Source: Alphaproteobacteria bacterium
GTDB taxonomy: Bacteria; Pseudomonadota; Alphaproteobacteria; CALKHQ01
Length of the DNA stretch: 64,000 nucleotides
Direction of reading: 5' to 3'
Assembly: GCA_965227515.1 (NCBI GenBank)
Contig: CBDDFZ010000001.1
Location: 3,808,001 to 3,872,000 of the forward strand
A model generated the notes under the pieces. The model searched no databases. It was not told the DNA's origin and worked only from the letters and a program-made list of their open reading frames with translations. This document shows, one piece after another, positions 1-9,349 of the stretch. Made by a program: the position numbers and the translations under genes. The number at the start of each line of letters is the position of its first letter. Within the stretch, counting starts at the first letter, position 1.

Positions 1-138
1 CGCGATCAGCTCGCCGTAGCTGACCTGCCACACATCCTCCAGCGTGATCACGATGGTGGCGTAGATCAGCATCATCATGTGCGTGGCGGTATGGCCCGCA
101 CTGGCGAATCCCAGAACGGCAAATCGGGTAGACGGCAT
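1..138 (-). CDS. MFS-type transporter, N-terminal part (runs off the window edge)
   Basis: Minus-strand ATG at 138 overlaps the cutA stop (TGATG); reads MPSTRFAVLGFASAGHTATHMMMLIYATIVITLEDVWQVSYGELIA, resembling an MFS first TM segment. Confidence 0.6.
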   Translation of the reverse strand, partial: MPSTRFAVLGFASAGHTATHMMMLIYATIVITLEDVWQVSYGELIA

Positions 139-494
139 CAGTCGGTCTCCGTGCCCGCCGCTTCGGCCGCCACCCAATCGAGATAGGCGGCATGGCCCCC
201 GATCACCGGGACCACAACGATGGCGGGACACTCGTAATCATGTCGGGCTTTCAGGAAGCTGACCAACTGATCTACGCGCCCGGCCACCGTCTTGTAAATG
301 ACCAACACCTCCTCGCCCGCCTGAACCGCGCCGTCCCACCAGTAGATGGAGCGCACGCCCGGCAGCATGTTGGCGCAGGCGGCCAGCCGCGCGGCGACCA
401 CCTCGCGCGAGACCGCGCCGGCCGAATCCGCATTGCCAAACATGACATGGACTTCCCGGACGCCCGTGTCGTCGCCTTGTGCCATCGTGCTCAT
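138..494 (-). CDS. cutA: Divalent-cation tolerance protein CutA
   Basis: RLAACAN..SIYWWDG..HDYECPAI motifs. Confidence 0.92.
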   Translation of the reverse strand: MSTMAQGDDTGVREVHVMFGNADSAGAVSREVVAARLAACANMLPGVRSIYWWDGAVQAGEEVLVIYKTVAGRVDQLVSFLKARHDYECPAIVVVPVIGGHAAYLDWVAAEAAGTETD

Positions 495-925
495 CCCCTG
501 CCGTGGCGTTGCCCGCTACCTTGCCCCCCGCACATTGCAACATCGGCCGTCTCGCGTTAACCAATAGGCAACCATGCGCGCCCACTGTCGGCCATCCGAA
601 TACCGAACGCGTCCGTGCCACAAGCCATCCACGCCCCGTGCCCGCCCGCCCCACTCTTGCCCAAAAGAACTGGTTGAAACGCGGTTTGAGCCAGCCAGGC
701 GGTAAGCTGCCCCTGTTCGACGGCAATGGCCGCAAGGTCAACGCACGCGTCATCCGCGCGTGCATCGAGCGAGGATGGGCGGCACCGTGGTTCACCAACC
801 CGTTGAAGCCCGACTGGCTGGTTTGCAAACTCACCGCGGCGGGTGCTACCGTCGCGCGGGAACGCAGCCTGCACAACGTCGCAGAGATGGCCTCGGCAAC
901 GCCGGCCGCGGATTGCGTTGACTAA
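479..925 (+). CDS. Conserved alphaproteobacterial hypothetical protein (true start probably downstream, e.g. GTG 638)
   Basis: WLKRGLSQPGGKLPLFD..CIERGWAAPWFTNPLKPDWLVCKLT segment resembles a small conserved family. Confidence 0.6.
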   Translation: MPSCSSPAVALPATLPPAHCNIGRLALTNRQPCAPTVGHPNTERVRATSHPRPVPARPTLAQKNWLKRGLSQPGGKLPLFDGNGRKVNARVIRACIERGWAAPWFTNPLKPDWLVCKLTAAGATVARERSLHNVAEMASATPAADCVD

Positions 926-1017
926 CTCGTCATTTGCAATCGGCCCGCGGGCCGGTCTAGTTGGCCGTAATCGTCGGCTCAGATCGGCCGCCTCTGACAT
1001 CATCGGGATCCAGTGAC

Positions 1018-1767
1018 ATGATCGGACAATTCGGCATCAACAAGATCGGCGCTGTCTGCACGGCTGCCATCATCGGTTTCACCGCCGCGGTACCGGCGGT
1101 CGCGGAGGACTTCTCCCGCGATGAGATCGAGCAGATCGTCTACGAGTATCTGCTGGAGCACCCGGAAGTGATTCTGGAAGCCGTGTCGGTGCTGGAACAG
1201 CGCCAGGCGGCCGAAGAGGCCGAGCGCCAGTCCCAGGCCTTGGCCAGCCTGAGTGAGGACATCTTTGGCGGCGACTCCACCATGGTCGCCGGCAACCCGG
1301 ACGGCGACGTCACCATCGTCGAGTTCTTCGACTACCGCTGCAGCTACTGCAAGCGCGTCGCGCCCGCCGTTATGGCACTGGTTGAAGAAGACGCTGGCAT
1401 CCGCTTGGGAATGAAGGAATTTCCAATTCTCAGCGAAGATTCGATGTATGCCGCCCGCGCCGCGCTGGCCGCCGAGGAACAGGGTCTCTACTGGGAGATG
1501 CATGTCGCACTGATGGATCATCGCGGCGAGTACACCCAGGACGTGGTGGTCGCGATCGCGAACAGTGTTGGCTTGGACTCCGAGCGGATGCTGGCCGACA
1601 TGACCAGCCCCGAGATCGACGCCATCATCGCCAAGAACTACGAACTTGCTCAGCTTCTTGGCATCAGCGGAACGCCGGCGTTCGTCATCGGCGACACCGT
1701 GGTGCCGGGCGCCATCGACATCGACACCATGCGCGACCTGATTGCCGAGGCGCGCAGCGCAAGCTGA
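1018..1767 (+). CDS. DsbA family thiol-disulfide oxidoreductase (Com1/ScsC-like)
   Basis: Signal peptide, EFFDYRCSYCK CxxC, GTPAFVIG. Confidence 0.92.
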   Translation: MIGQFGINKIGAVCTAAIIGFTAAVPAVAEDFSRDEIEQIVYEYLLEHPEVILEAVSVLEQRQAAEEAERQSQALASLSEDIFGGDSTMVAGNPDGDVTIVEFFDYRCSYCKRVAPAVMALVEEDAGIRLGMKEFPILSEDSMYAARAALAAEEQGLYWEMHVALMDHRGEYTQDVVVAIANSVGLDSERMLADMTSPEIDAIIAKNYELAQLLGISGTPAFVIGDTVVPGAIDIDTMRDLIAEARSAS

Positions 1768-1914
1768 TCCAAGCCAGGCCCCTGCCCGTTGCGCGGCGAC
1801 GCGCGACGGGCCGCGGCATGTCGCTCGATGGGGCCTGCAGCGGCCCAGCGCAGTTGACCCGACTGTGACTATTCGGCTACGGCTGAGCCGGTAACCCGTG
1901 CCGGTGCGAGTCCC

Positions 1915-2370
1915 TTGGCCAATCACTCCCCGATCAGCATTCTCAACGGTCCGAACCTCAACATGCTGGGGGTCCGCGAGCCTGAGACCTATGGGTCGCA
2001 GACCCTGGACGACATCGCGGAGCTGTGCCGGCGCAAGGCTGGCGAATTGGGCTTTGAGGTCGACTTCCGGCAGACCAACAGCGAGGGCGAACTGGTGACA
2101 TGGGTGCAGCAGGGTCGCGGCACGACCAGCGGGCTGGTGCTCAATGCCGGGGCCTACACGCACACGTCGGTCGCCCTGTACGACGCGCTGGCGATGTACG
2201 ACATGCCGATCGTGGAGGTACACCTGTCCAATATCCATAAGCGCGAGCCGTTCCGGCACCGCTCCTATGTCTCCCCACAGGCGGCAGGGGTAATCTGCGG
2301 CTTTGGCAGTGCCGGCTACCTGATGGCCCTGGACGGGCTTGCCGGCATGCTGGCGAAACAGGCGGCCTGA
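1915..2370 (+). CDS. aroQ: Type II 3-dehydroquinate dehydratase
   Basis: LNGPNLNMLGVREPETYG, EVHLSNIHKREPFRH. Confidence 0.97.
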   Translation: MANHSPISILNGPNLNMLGVREPETYGSQTLDDIAELCRRKAGELGFEVDFRQTNSEGELVTWVQQGRGTTSGLVLNAGAYTHTSVALYDALAMYDMPIVEVHLSNIHKREPFRHRSYVSPQAAGVICGFGSAGYLMALDGLAGMLAKQAA

Positions 2371-2373
2371 CCC

Positions 2374-2820
2374 ATGGCAAAGTTCGACATCGACCCTGAA
2401 CTGGTCCGCAAGCTCTCCGATCTGCTGAACGAAACCGGGCTCAGCGAGATCGAATACGCTGCCGGCGAGCAACGGATTCGCGTCACCCGGGCGATGGCCG
2501 CGGCCGAGACCAGGTTTGTCGCGGCACCGCCCGCCGCCGCGACAGCCCAGCAGGCGCCCGCGCCGGAAACCAACGACGCCGCTCATCCAGGCGCGATCAC
2601 CGCACCGATGGTGGGCACGGCATACCTGACGCCCGATCCGGACTCCGAGCCGTTCGTGCGGGTGGGCGACACTGTACGCGAGGGGCAAACGCTGCTGATT
2701 ATCGAGGCCATGAAGGTCATGAACCCCATCCGCGCGCCGCGCGGCGGCACCGTCGCCAAGATCCTGATCGAAACGGCGACGCCCGTGGAGTTCGGTGAAC
2801 CGCTGATGATCCTCGAATAG
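2374..2820 (+). CDS. accB: Acetyl-CoA carboxylase biotin carboxyl carrier protein
   Basis: EAMKVMN biotinylation motif. Confidence 0.97.
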   Translation: MAKFDIDPELVRKLSDLLNETGLSEIEYAAGEQRIRVTRAMAAAETRFVAAPPAAATAQQAPAPETNDAAHPGAITAPMVGTAYLTPDPDSEPFVRVGDTVREGQTLLIIEAMKVMNPIRAPRGGTVAKILIETATPVEFGEPLMILE

Positions 2821-2834
2821 CGGTCGCGCGACCG

Positions 2835-4178
2835 ATGATCGAGAAGGTCCTCATTGCCAACCGCGGCGAGATCGCGCTGCGGATCAACCGTGCCTGCAAG
2901 GAGATGGGGCTGGCCACCGTTGCGGCCCACTCCACCGCCGACGCCAACGCCATGCACGTGCGGCTGGCCGACGAGAGCGTGTGCATCGGTCCGGCGCCGG
3001 CAGCGCAGAGCTACCTGAACATCCCGGCCATCCTGTCGGCGGCCACCATCACCGGCGCCGATGCCATCCACCCCGGCTACGGCTTCCTGTCGGAAAACGC
3101 CAAGTTCGCCCACATCGTCGAAGAGCACGGCCTGGTCTTCATCGGCCCGTCGCCGAAGCACATCGAGATGATGGGCGACAAGATCACCGCCAAGGAGACC
3201 ATGCGCCGGCTGGGCGTACCGGTGGTGCCGGGGTCCGACGGTGCGGTGCACGATCTGGACGAACTGAACGCGCTGGTCGAGACCACCGGTTTCCCGGTGC
3301 TGATCAAGGCGGCCGGCGGCGGTGGCGGCAAGGGCATGCGCGTCGCGCGCGACCGGTCCGAGCTGGCCGAGGCGTTCACCCTGGCCAAGCGCGAGGCGCA
3401 GCTGTTCTTCGGCAACGATGCCCTCTACGTCGAGCGCTACCTGGAGCGGCCGCGCCACATCGAACTCCAGATCATCGCCGACAACCACGGCAACGTGGTG
3501 CACCTTGGCGAGCGCGACTGCTCGCTGCAGCGCAGTCACCAGAAGGTGCTGGAGGAGGCCCCCTCGCCGGCGCTGAACGTGCAGGCGCGCCAAAACATCG
3601 GCGCCCGCGTGGTGGAGGCGATCTCCGAGCTGGGCTACCGCAATGCCGGCACCATCGAGTTCCTGTACGAGGATGGCGAGTTCTTCTTCCTGGAGATGAA
3701 CACCCGCCTGCAAGTGGAACATCCGGTTACGGAAATGGTCACCGGACTGGACCTGGTTCGCGAGCAGGTGCGCATCGCCACCGAGGCGCCGCTGTCGGTC
3801 ACCCAGCAGGACGTGCGCATCTCGGGCCACGCCATCGAATGCCGCATCAATGCCGAGAACCCGCGCACCTTCGCGCCGTCGCCGGGCCGCATTGCCGAGT
3901 ATCACCCGCCGGGCGGATTCGGCGTGCGCGTCGACAGCGCGCTCTACTCCGGCTACCAAGTGCCATCGAACTACGACAGCATGGTCGGCAAGCTGATCGT
4001 CCACGGCAACACCCGCAACGAGTGCCTTATGCGCCTGCGCCGCGCCCTGGACGAGTATGTGATCGAGGGCATCGAGACCACGATCGAGTTGCACCGGCAC
4101 CTGGCCACGCATCCGGACTTCGTGAACGGCACTTACGATATCCACTGGCTTGAGCGGCATCTGGCCAGCCTGAACTGA
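2835..4178 (+). CDS. accC: Acetyl-CoA carboxylase biotin carboxylase
   Basis: LIANRGEIA, GGGGKGMR, EMNTRLQVEHPVTE. Confidence 0.97.
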   Translation: MIEKVLIANRGEIALRINRACKEMGLATVAAHSTADANAMHVRLADESVCIGPAPAAQSYLNIPAILSAATITGADAIHPGYGFLSENAKFAHIVEEHGLVFIGPSPKHIEMMGDKITAKETMRRLGVPVVPGSDGAVHDLDELNALVETTGFPVLIKAAGGGGGKGMRVARDRSELAEAFTLAKREAQLFFGNDALYVERYLERPRHIELQIIADNHGNVVHLGERDCSLQRSHQKVLEEAPSPALNVQARQNIGARVVEAISELGYRNAGTIEFLYEDGEFFFLEMNTRLQVEHPVTEMVTGLDLVREQVRIATEAPLSVTQQDVRISGHAIECRINAENPRTFAPSPGRIAEYHPPGGFGVRVDSALYSGYQVPSNYDSMVGKLIVHGNTRNECLMRLRRALDEYVIEGIETTIELHRHLATHPDFVNGTYDIHWLERHLASLN

Positions 4179-4310
4179 CAGAACCCAAGTATTTTTCGCC
4201 AAAGTTACTTATGTTGGTGAACGCAGCCTCGTATTAGGCTGAAACCTAGCAGGACTGTTTGGCCCACTGGTTTGGGCCGATGCCCAATGACGGAGCGGCG
4301 CATGCACGGC

Positions 4311-4907
4311 ATGCCGGAGCTGACTGTCGACCTTCTGCTGGCGGCTTATGCAAGCGGCATCTTCCCGATGGCGGAGTCCGCGGACGATGAGGATGTCTTC
4401 TGGGTCGATCCCGAGCAGCGCGGGATCATTCCGCTCGACCGCCTGCACATCCCGCGCCGGCTGGCCCGGACCATCAAGCAGGGCCGCTACGAGGTCAGCA
4501 TGGACCGCGATTTCGCCGGCGTCATCGATGCCTGTGCCGCCGCGACGACAGACCGGCCTTCGACCTGGATCAATGGCACCATCCGCGATCTCTACGTGCA
4601 GATGCACGAGCGCGGCCACGCCCACAGCGTCGAGACCTGGCAGGACGGAACGCTGGTGGGCGGCCTCTATGGCATTGCCATCAACGGGGCCTTCTTCGGC
4701 GAAAGCATGTTCTCGCGCGCGCCGGATGCCAGCAAGGTGGCCCTGGTGCACCTGGTGAACCATCTGCGCGCCCGGGGCTTCGTGCTGCTGGATACCCAGT
4801 TCGTCACCGAGCACCTGCGCCAGTTCGGCGCCATCGAGATCCCGCGCACCGAATACCGGCGCCGGCTGCAGGCGGCACTCGCCAAGGACGTTTCCTTCAA
4901 CGACTGA
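4311..4907 (+). CDS. aat: Leucyl/phenylalanyl-tRNA--protein transferase
   Basis: [28 protein letters not shown]; start may be slightly upstream. Confidence 0.95.
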   Translation: MPELTVDLLLAAYASGIFPMAESADDEDVFWVDPEQRGIIPLDRLHIPRRLARTIKQGRYEVSMDRDFAGVIDACAAATTDRPSTWINGTIRDLYVQMHERGHAHSVETWQDGTLVGGLYGIAINGAFFGESMFSRAPDASKVALVHLVNHLRARGFVLLDTQFVTEHLRQFGAIEIPRTEYRRRLQAALAKDVSFND

Positions 4908-5049
4908 AGCGGCTTGGGGCACGCTCAGGTGCCATGGCCGGCCATGAAGCGCAGCCTGACCGCGCGTCACTAGCCCGGTTTGACGCTGCTATGGTAGACT
5001 GAACCATGTGGTTAACTTGTGATGGCCTGTCGCCTCCGGGAGTGGCACC

Positions 5050-5466
5050 ATGAGAGCGCTGTGCGGCGGTATCTTGGCGGCTTGCCTGATGGCTGTGCCT
5101 GCCGCCGCGCAGGACACGGGCGGCGGGGAAGACGAACTGCGCGCCGCCCTGGTGGGCGAATGGTCGCTTTCGGAAGACGCATGCGGCAGTTGGCGGGTCG
5201 TCTTCACCCACACCGGAACCACGGAAACGCGCAGTATCGCTGAGGATGGCTGGATGTCGGAGGGTGTCGGCACCTTTGCCATAGACGGCTCTTCGGTCAC
5301 CATTCTGCGCGCCAGCAACAGCCAGGTCTTCGCGGTGAAGGACGTCCAGTCGGACCGGCTGGTGGTGTCGGAGGCTTCCGGGCCGGATACCGACCTGGTT
5401 CGGTGCAGCTGGGCCGGCCACGATACCAGCGGATTGTTGCCCCGGCCGGGTTCCTACGGGTTTTGA
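5050..5466 (+). CDS. Hypothetical secreted protein
   Basis: Signal peptide (AAAQ), GGAG RBS, beta-rich mature region. Confidence 0.6.
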   Translation: MRALCGGILAACLMAVPAAAQDTGGGEDELRAALVGEWSLSEDACGSWRVVFTHTGTTETRSIAEDGWMSEGVGTFAIDGSSVTILRASNSQVFAVKDVQSDRLVVSEASGPDTDLVRCSWAGHDTSGLLPRPGSYGF

Positions 5467-5537
5467 CCGATCGGGCATCCATTGCCGCGGCCGCGCCGCA
5501 AGACGCTACGTCCGACACCACCGATCAGACCGGTCAG

Positions 5538-6293
5538 GTGACAAGCGTCGGCCGGCGCCGGCGGCTTTATGCCGTCGACTTCGCGCGCGCCATCGCCGTC
5601 GTGCTGATGATCGTCTACCACTTCTGTTGGGACCTGGAGAGCTTCGGCCTGGTCTATTTCGGCCTGCTGGAGGCGCCGTTCTGGCTCGTCGCGCGCACCG
5701 TCATCGCCGGCCTGTTCCTCGGCCTGGTCGGATTCAGCATGGTCATCGCCGCCCAGGGCGGCCTGCATTGGGGGCGATACGGGCGACGCCTGGCGATGGT
5801 GGCGGCCGGTGCGGTCGCCATCAGCGCCGTGACCTACTGGATGTTTGCCGATGCCTGGGTCTTCTTCGGCATCCTGCACAACATCACCCTCGGCAGCCTC
5901 ATCGCTCTCGGCTTCCTGCGCGCGCCGTGGTGGGTGGCGCTGTTGGGCGGGGTGGCGGCGCTCGCGGTGAGCTGGCTGCTCGCCGATACCAATATCGACG
6001 GCTGGCTGCTCTGGCTGGTGCAAGGCGGCACCGAGGTGTCGGCGGTCGACTACGTGCCGCTCATCCCCTGGTTCTCGGCCACCCTGTTCGGCATGGCGCT
6101 CGCCAAGCTGACCATCGAGCGCCGCGTCCTGCCATTTCCGCATACATGGTCGCCAACCGGCCGGGCCGCGCGCGCCTTCGGCTTCGTCGGCCGCCACACC
6201 CTGGCGGTCTACCTGATCCACCAGCCGATCCTGTTCGGCCTGTTGTACCTCTACGTGATGATCGTACCGCCGGGACCGGTACGGCCCGGCTAG
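5538..6293 (+). CDS. DUF1624 / heparan-alpha-glucosaminide N-acetyltransferase-like membrane protein
   Basis: DFARAIAVVLMIVYHFCWDL, FFGILH, DYVPLIPW, GRHTLAVYLIHQP; start uncertain. Confidence 0.85.
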   Translation: MTSVGRRRRLYAVDFARAIAVVLMIVYHFCWDLESFGLVYFGLLEAPFWLVARTVIAGLFLGLVGFSMVIAAQGGLHWGRYGRRLAMVAAGAVAISAVTYWMFADAWVFFGILHNITLGSLIALGFLRAPWWVALLGGVAALAVSWLLADTNIDGWLLWLVQGGTEVSAVDYVPLIPWFSATLFGMALAKLTIERRVLPFPHTWSPTGRAARAFGFVGRHTLAVYLIHQPILFGLLYLYVMIVPPGPVRPG

Positions 6294-6302
6294 GGTGTCC
6301 GG

Positions 6303-7478
6303 TCAGCCGCCGTCCTCGTTGCGGTATGGCGAGTGGTGCGCGGTCATGTAGGCCATTTCTTCCTCGATCGCCTGCTGCTCGCGGCGGGTGAAGTCGGCCA
6401 CCGCCTGCGCGAAGCCATCGCTGTTGAACCAGTGCGCGCTGAACGTGCGCACCGGCAGATAGCCGCGCTGCACCTTGTGCGGTCCCTGCGTCCCCGCCTC
6501 CACCCGCGCCAGTCCGTGGGTAATGGCGTACTCGATCGCCTGGTAGTAGCAGCACTCGAAGTGCAGGAAGTCGTGGTCCTCCACGCAGCCCCAGTTGCGG
6601 CCGAACAGGGCGTCGCTGCCGCGGAAGTTCAGCGCGCCGGCAATCCGCCGCCCCTCGCGCCATGCCATCACCAGCACCACCCGCTCCTGCAGCCGTTCGG
6701 TGATGGTCTCGAAGAAGTCGCGGGTCAGGTACGGCGCGCCCCATTTGCGGTCATAGGTGTCGACATAGAACTGGTAGAACGCATCCCAGTCGTCGCCGGT
6801 GATTTCGGCGCCCGTCAGCGCGCGCACGGTGATGCCGTTCTCGGCCAGCACCCGCCGTTCCTTGCGGATCGACTTGCGCTTGCGCGACGTCAGCGTGCCC
6901 AGGAAATCGTCGAATGTTTCGTAGCCGCGATTGTGCCAATGGAACTGCTGGCCGACACGCTGCACCAGCCCGGCGGCGCCCATGCGCTCCCAGTCGGCCT
7001 GATGGCAGAAGGTGACATGCAGCGACGATACCTCCATCCGGCTGGCGAAGGTGATCGCGGCCTCGATCAGGCCGGCGGCGGCGCGCTCCGCCTGCGGCCC
7101 TTCCGATGCGTCGACCAGCAGGCGCGGCCCCGGCACCGGCGTGAACGGCACCGCGCATTGCAGCTTCGGATAGTAGCGCCCGCCCGACTGTTCGTAGGCA
7201 TGGGCCCAGGAATGGTCGAACATATACTCGCCGTACGAATTGCCCTTCAGGTAGAGCGGCATGGCGCCAACCATGCGGCCCGCCCCGTCGTTCAGCACCA
7301 GGTGCTGCGGCCACCAGCCGGTGCGGTCGCCGACGCTGCCGCTGTCCTCCAGCGCGCTGAGGAAGGCATAGGAGACGAAGGGATTGTCGGAACCGGCGCA
7401 CGCGTCCCAATCGGCTTGCGCGACAGCGGCGATATCCCCGACAATACGCCCCGTGAATGTGGGCGCGTCGTCAGGCAT
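6303..7478 (-). CDS. DUF482 FemAB-related GNAT family protein
   Basis: SYGEYMFDHSWA, YYPKLQCAVPFTP, LHFECCYYQAI, EAGTQGPHK. Confidence 0.9.
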   Translation of the reverse strand: MPDDAPTFTGRIVGDIAAVAQADWDACAGSDNPFVSYAFLSALEDSGSVGDRTGWWPQHLVLNDGAGRMVGAMPLYLKGNSYGEYMFDHSWAHAYEQSGGRYYPKLQCAVPFTPVPGPRLLVDASEGPQAERAAAGLIEAAITFASRMEVSSLHVTFCHQADWERMGAAGLVQRVGQQFHWHNRGYETFDDFLGTLTSRKRKSIRKERRVLAENGITVRALTGAEITGDDWDAFYQFYVDTYDRKWGAPYLTRDFFETITERLQERVVLVMAWREGRRIAGALNFRGSDALFGRNWGCVEDHDFLHFECCYYQAIEYAITHGLARVEAGTQGPHKVQRGYLPVRTFSAHWFNSDGFAQAVADFTRREQQAIEEEMAYMTAHHSPYRNEDGG

Positions 7479-7597
7479 CGTGCGCCCCGTCAACATCGAA
7501 CACCGGGTCGCGCGCCGCGGCCGGCCTTCGCGAGGGCGCGTTCCACCATGCAGTCGACCTTGCAGCAGCAAGACACCAGCCTCTTGGCCGCAGCGTC

Positions 7598-8416
7598 ATG
7601 AAGACATCCATCTACAGTGCCATCGCCATGGCGGTGGCAATGGTGTTCGGCCTGCCCATCTTCTGGCTGCTGGCGTCCAGCCTGCGCCCGCCCGGCATGC
7701 GCTTTTCGGTCGAGGGGATGGGCATTCCCGGCATTGACTTCCCGCCGACGGCGGCGAGTTGGGTGAACCAGTTCAGCAGCCCCCTGGTGCTGGAAGGACT
7801 AGGACGGTCGGCAGTCATCGCACTGACCGCGACGCTGCTCGCGCTCCTGCTCGGCGTGCCTGCGGCGCTGGCGCTCGCCCGGCGCAACGCCCCGCACCAG
7901 CGGCGGCAAGGCGAGATCATCCTGGCCCTGATGCTAATGGTGCGCATCCTGCCGCCCATCGTGCTGGCGATGCCGTTGACCGTCATCATGCACGCGTTCG
8001 GCCTTCTGGACACCACGCTGGCCCTCATCCTGGTCAATGCAATGATGGTGCTGCCGTTCGTCGTCATCATTCTACGCCAGACGTTCGTGGAAATCCCGGC
8101 CGAACTGGAACATGCCGCGGCTCTGGACGGTGCCAATACGTTGCATATTGTGTGCCGGATCACGCTGCCGCTGGCGGCCCCCGCCATCGTGGCAACCGGC
8201 CTGATCGCGTTTGCGTTCGCCTGGAACGACTACATCTTCGCGATCGCGTTCTTCCGGCTGGAAATGCGCACCCTGCCGCTGCTGATCGCGAGTGGAGCCG
8301 GCGGCGGCGACATGATGGTGCGCGCCTTCGTCGCCCTGATGGTGCCGGTGCTGCTGGCGCTGTTCGCCCAGCGCTACATCATCCAGGGCATGACCATGGG
8401 CGCCCTGGTGAGATAG
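7598..8416 (+). CDS. Carbohydrate ABC transporter permease (MalG-like), orphan
   Basis: EAA loop ELEHAAALDGA, FAWNDY; no partner subunits adjacent. Confidence 0.85.
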   Translation: MKTSIYSAIAMAVAMVFGLPIFWLLASSLRPPGMRFSVEGMGIPGIDFPPTAASWVNQFSSPLVLEGLGRSAVIALTATLLALLLGVPAALALARRNAPHQRRQGEIILALMLMVRILPPIVLAMPLTVIMHAFGLLDTTLALILVNAMMVLPFVVIILRQTFVEIPAELEHAAALDGANTLHIVCRITLPLAAPAIVATGLIAFAFAWNDYIFAIAFFRLEMRTLPLLIASGAGGGDMMVRAFVALMVPVLLALFAQRYIIQGMTMGALVR

Positions 8417-8457
8417 GGCGCATCCATACCAGCGGCATGAAGCCCTGACCTCTCATT

Positions 8458-8585
8458 CGTCATTGCGAGGAGCGGCGACCCCTATTTGCCAGGGGTCGGC
8501 GCGACGCGGCAATCCAGAGCATCGTTGCCACCCTCACATCAATCGCCTGGATCGCCACGCCCGCTGCAGCGGGCTCGCGATGACG
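8458..8585. repeat. Palindromic intergenic element (RPE-like GTCATTGCGAG family)
   Basis: CGTCATTGCGAG...GCAATCCAG...CTGGATCGC...CTCGCGATGACG nested inverted repeats between convergent genes. Confidence 0.75.
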
Positions 8586-8625
8586 CCTCAAGGGACGGAT
8601 AGGTCAACGAAAAATGCCCTTGATC

Positions 8626-9093
8626 TTACTTCACCTCGAACAGCGCCTCGACCTCCACCGCGGCGCCCAGCGGCAGGCTGGCCACGCCCACCGCGGCGCG
8701 GGCATGGCGGCCAGCATCGCCCAGAACCTCGACAGCCAGGTCGGAGGCGCCGTTTATCACTTTCGGCTGGTCGACATAGTCGTCGGTGCAATTGACGAAC
8801 CCGCCCAGGCGCACACAGCGCGCGATCCGGTCCAGATCGCCATCGCAGGCCGCCTTGGCCTGGGCCAGGATGTTGATCATGCACAGCCGGGCCGCAGCCA
8901 CGCCGTCTTCCAGCGACACGCCCTGCCCGATCTTGCCGGTATAGGCCACCGCGCCGTCCCGCATCGGCAACTGGCCGGAGATCACCAACAGTTTGCCGGC
9001 CCACTGATACGGCACATAGTTCGCCGCCGGGGCCGGTGCCGCCGGCAGACTGATGCCGAGTTCCTGAAGGCGCGCGTCGATGCTGCCGGGCAT
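8626..9093 (-). CDS. RidA/YjgF family protein
   Basis: ISGQLP, INGASDL, GRHARAAVGVASLP. Confidence 0.92.
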   Translation of the reverse strand: MPGSIDARLQELGISLPAAPAPAANYVPYQWAGKLLVISGQLPMRDGAVAYTGKIGQGVSLEDGVAAARLCMINILAQAKAACDGDLDRIARCVRLGGFVNCTDDYVDQPKVINGASDLAVEVLGDAGRHARAAVGVASLPLGAAVEVEALFEVK

Positions 9094-9349
9094 TGTTTCC
9101 TCCCCTGATCGTGCGGTGGCCGCTTGGGCCCGTGATTACCGTGCCCCAGGCGCCCCACCAACAAAAGATTGGCACCCAGAAAAAGATAGGGGTGCACGGC
9201 GTTAGCGCGCACCCCAGGGGGTCAGGGAGGACATGTTTTCGTCCATTCACCCAATGAACGGCCGCCGCTGCCTGCGTGCGGTCTCTCCCAACCTCCCACC
9301 CGAGCGGGTCCGGCCACGGCCGTAGCGCCCAATTGCAATGTCGGAACGG

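Noticed and set aside
1000-4202. Long antisense ORFs (also 15035-17272, 27764-29740, 32043-33788 and others)
   Set aside because: Shadow ORFs of high-GC genes on the opposite strand, with no protein-like motifs.
5000-5016. CtrA box TGAA...GTTAAC
   Set aside because: Spacing is 8 rather than 7 and the first half-site is mismatched.
9155-9195. Short AAAAGAT direct repeat upstream of ridA
   Set aside because: Only two short imperfect copies; insufficient support.
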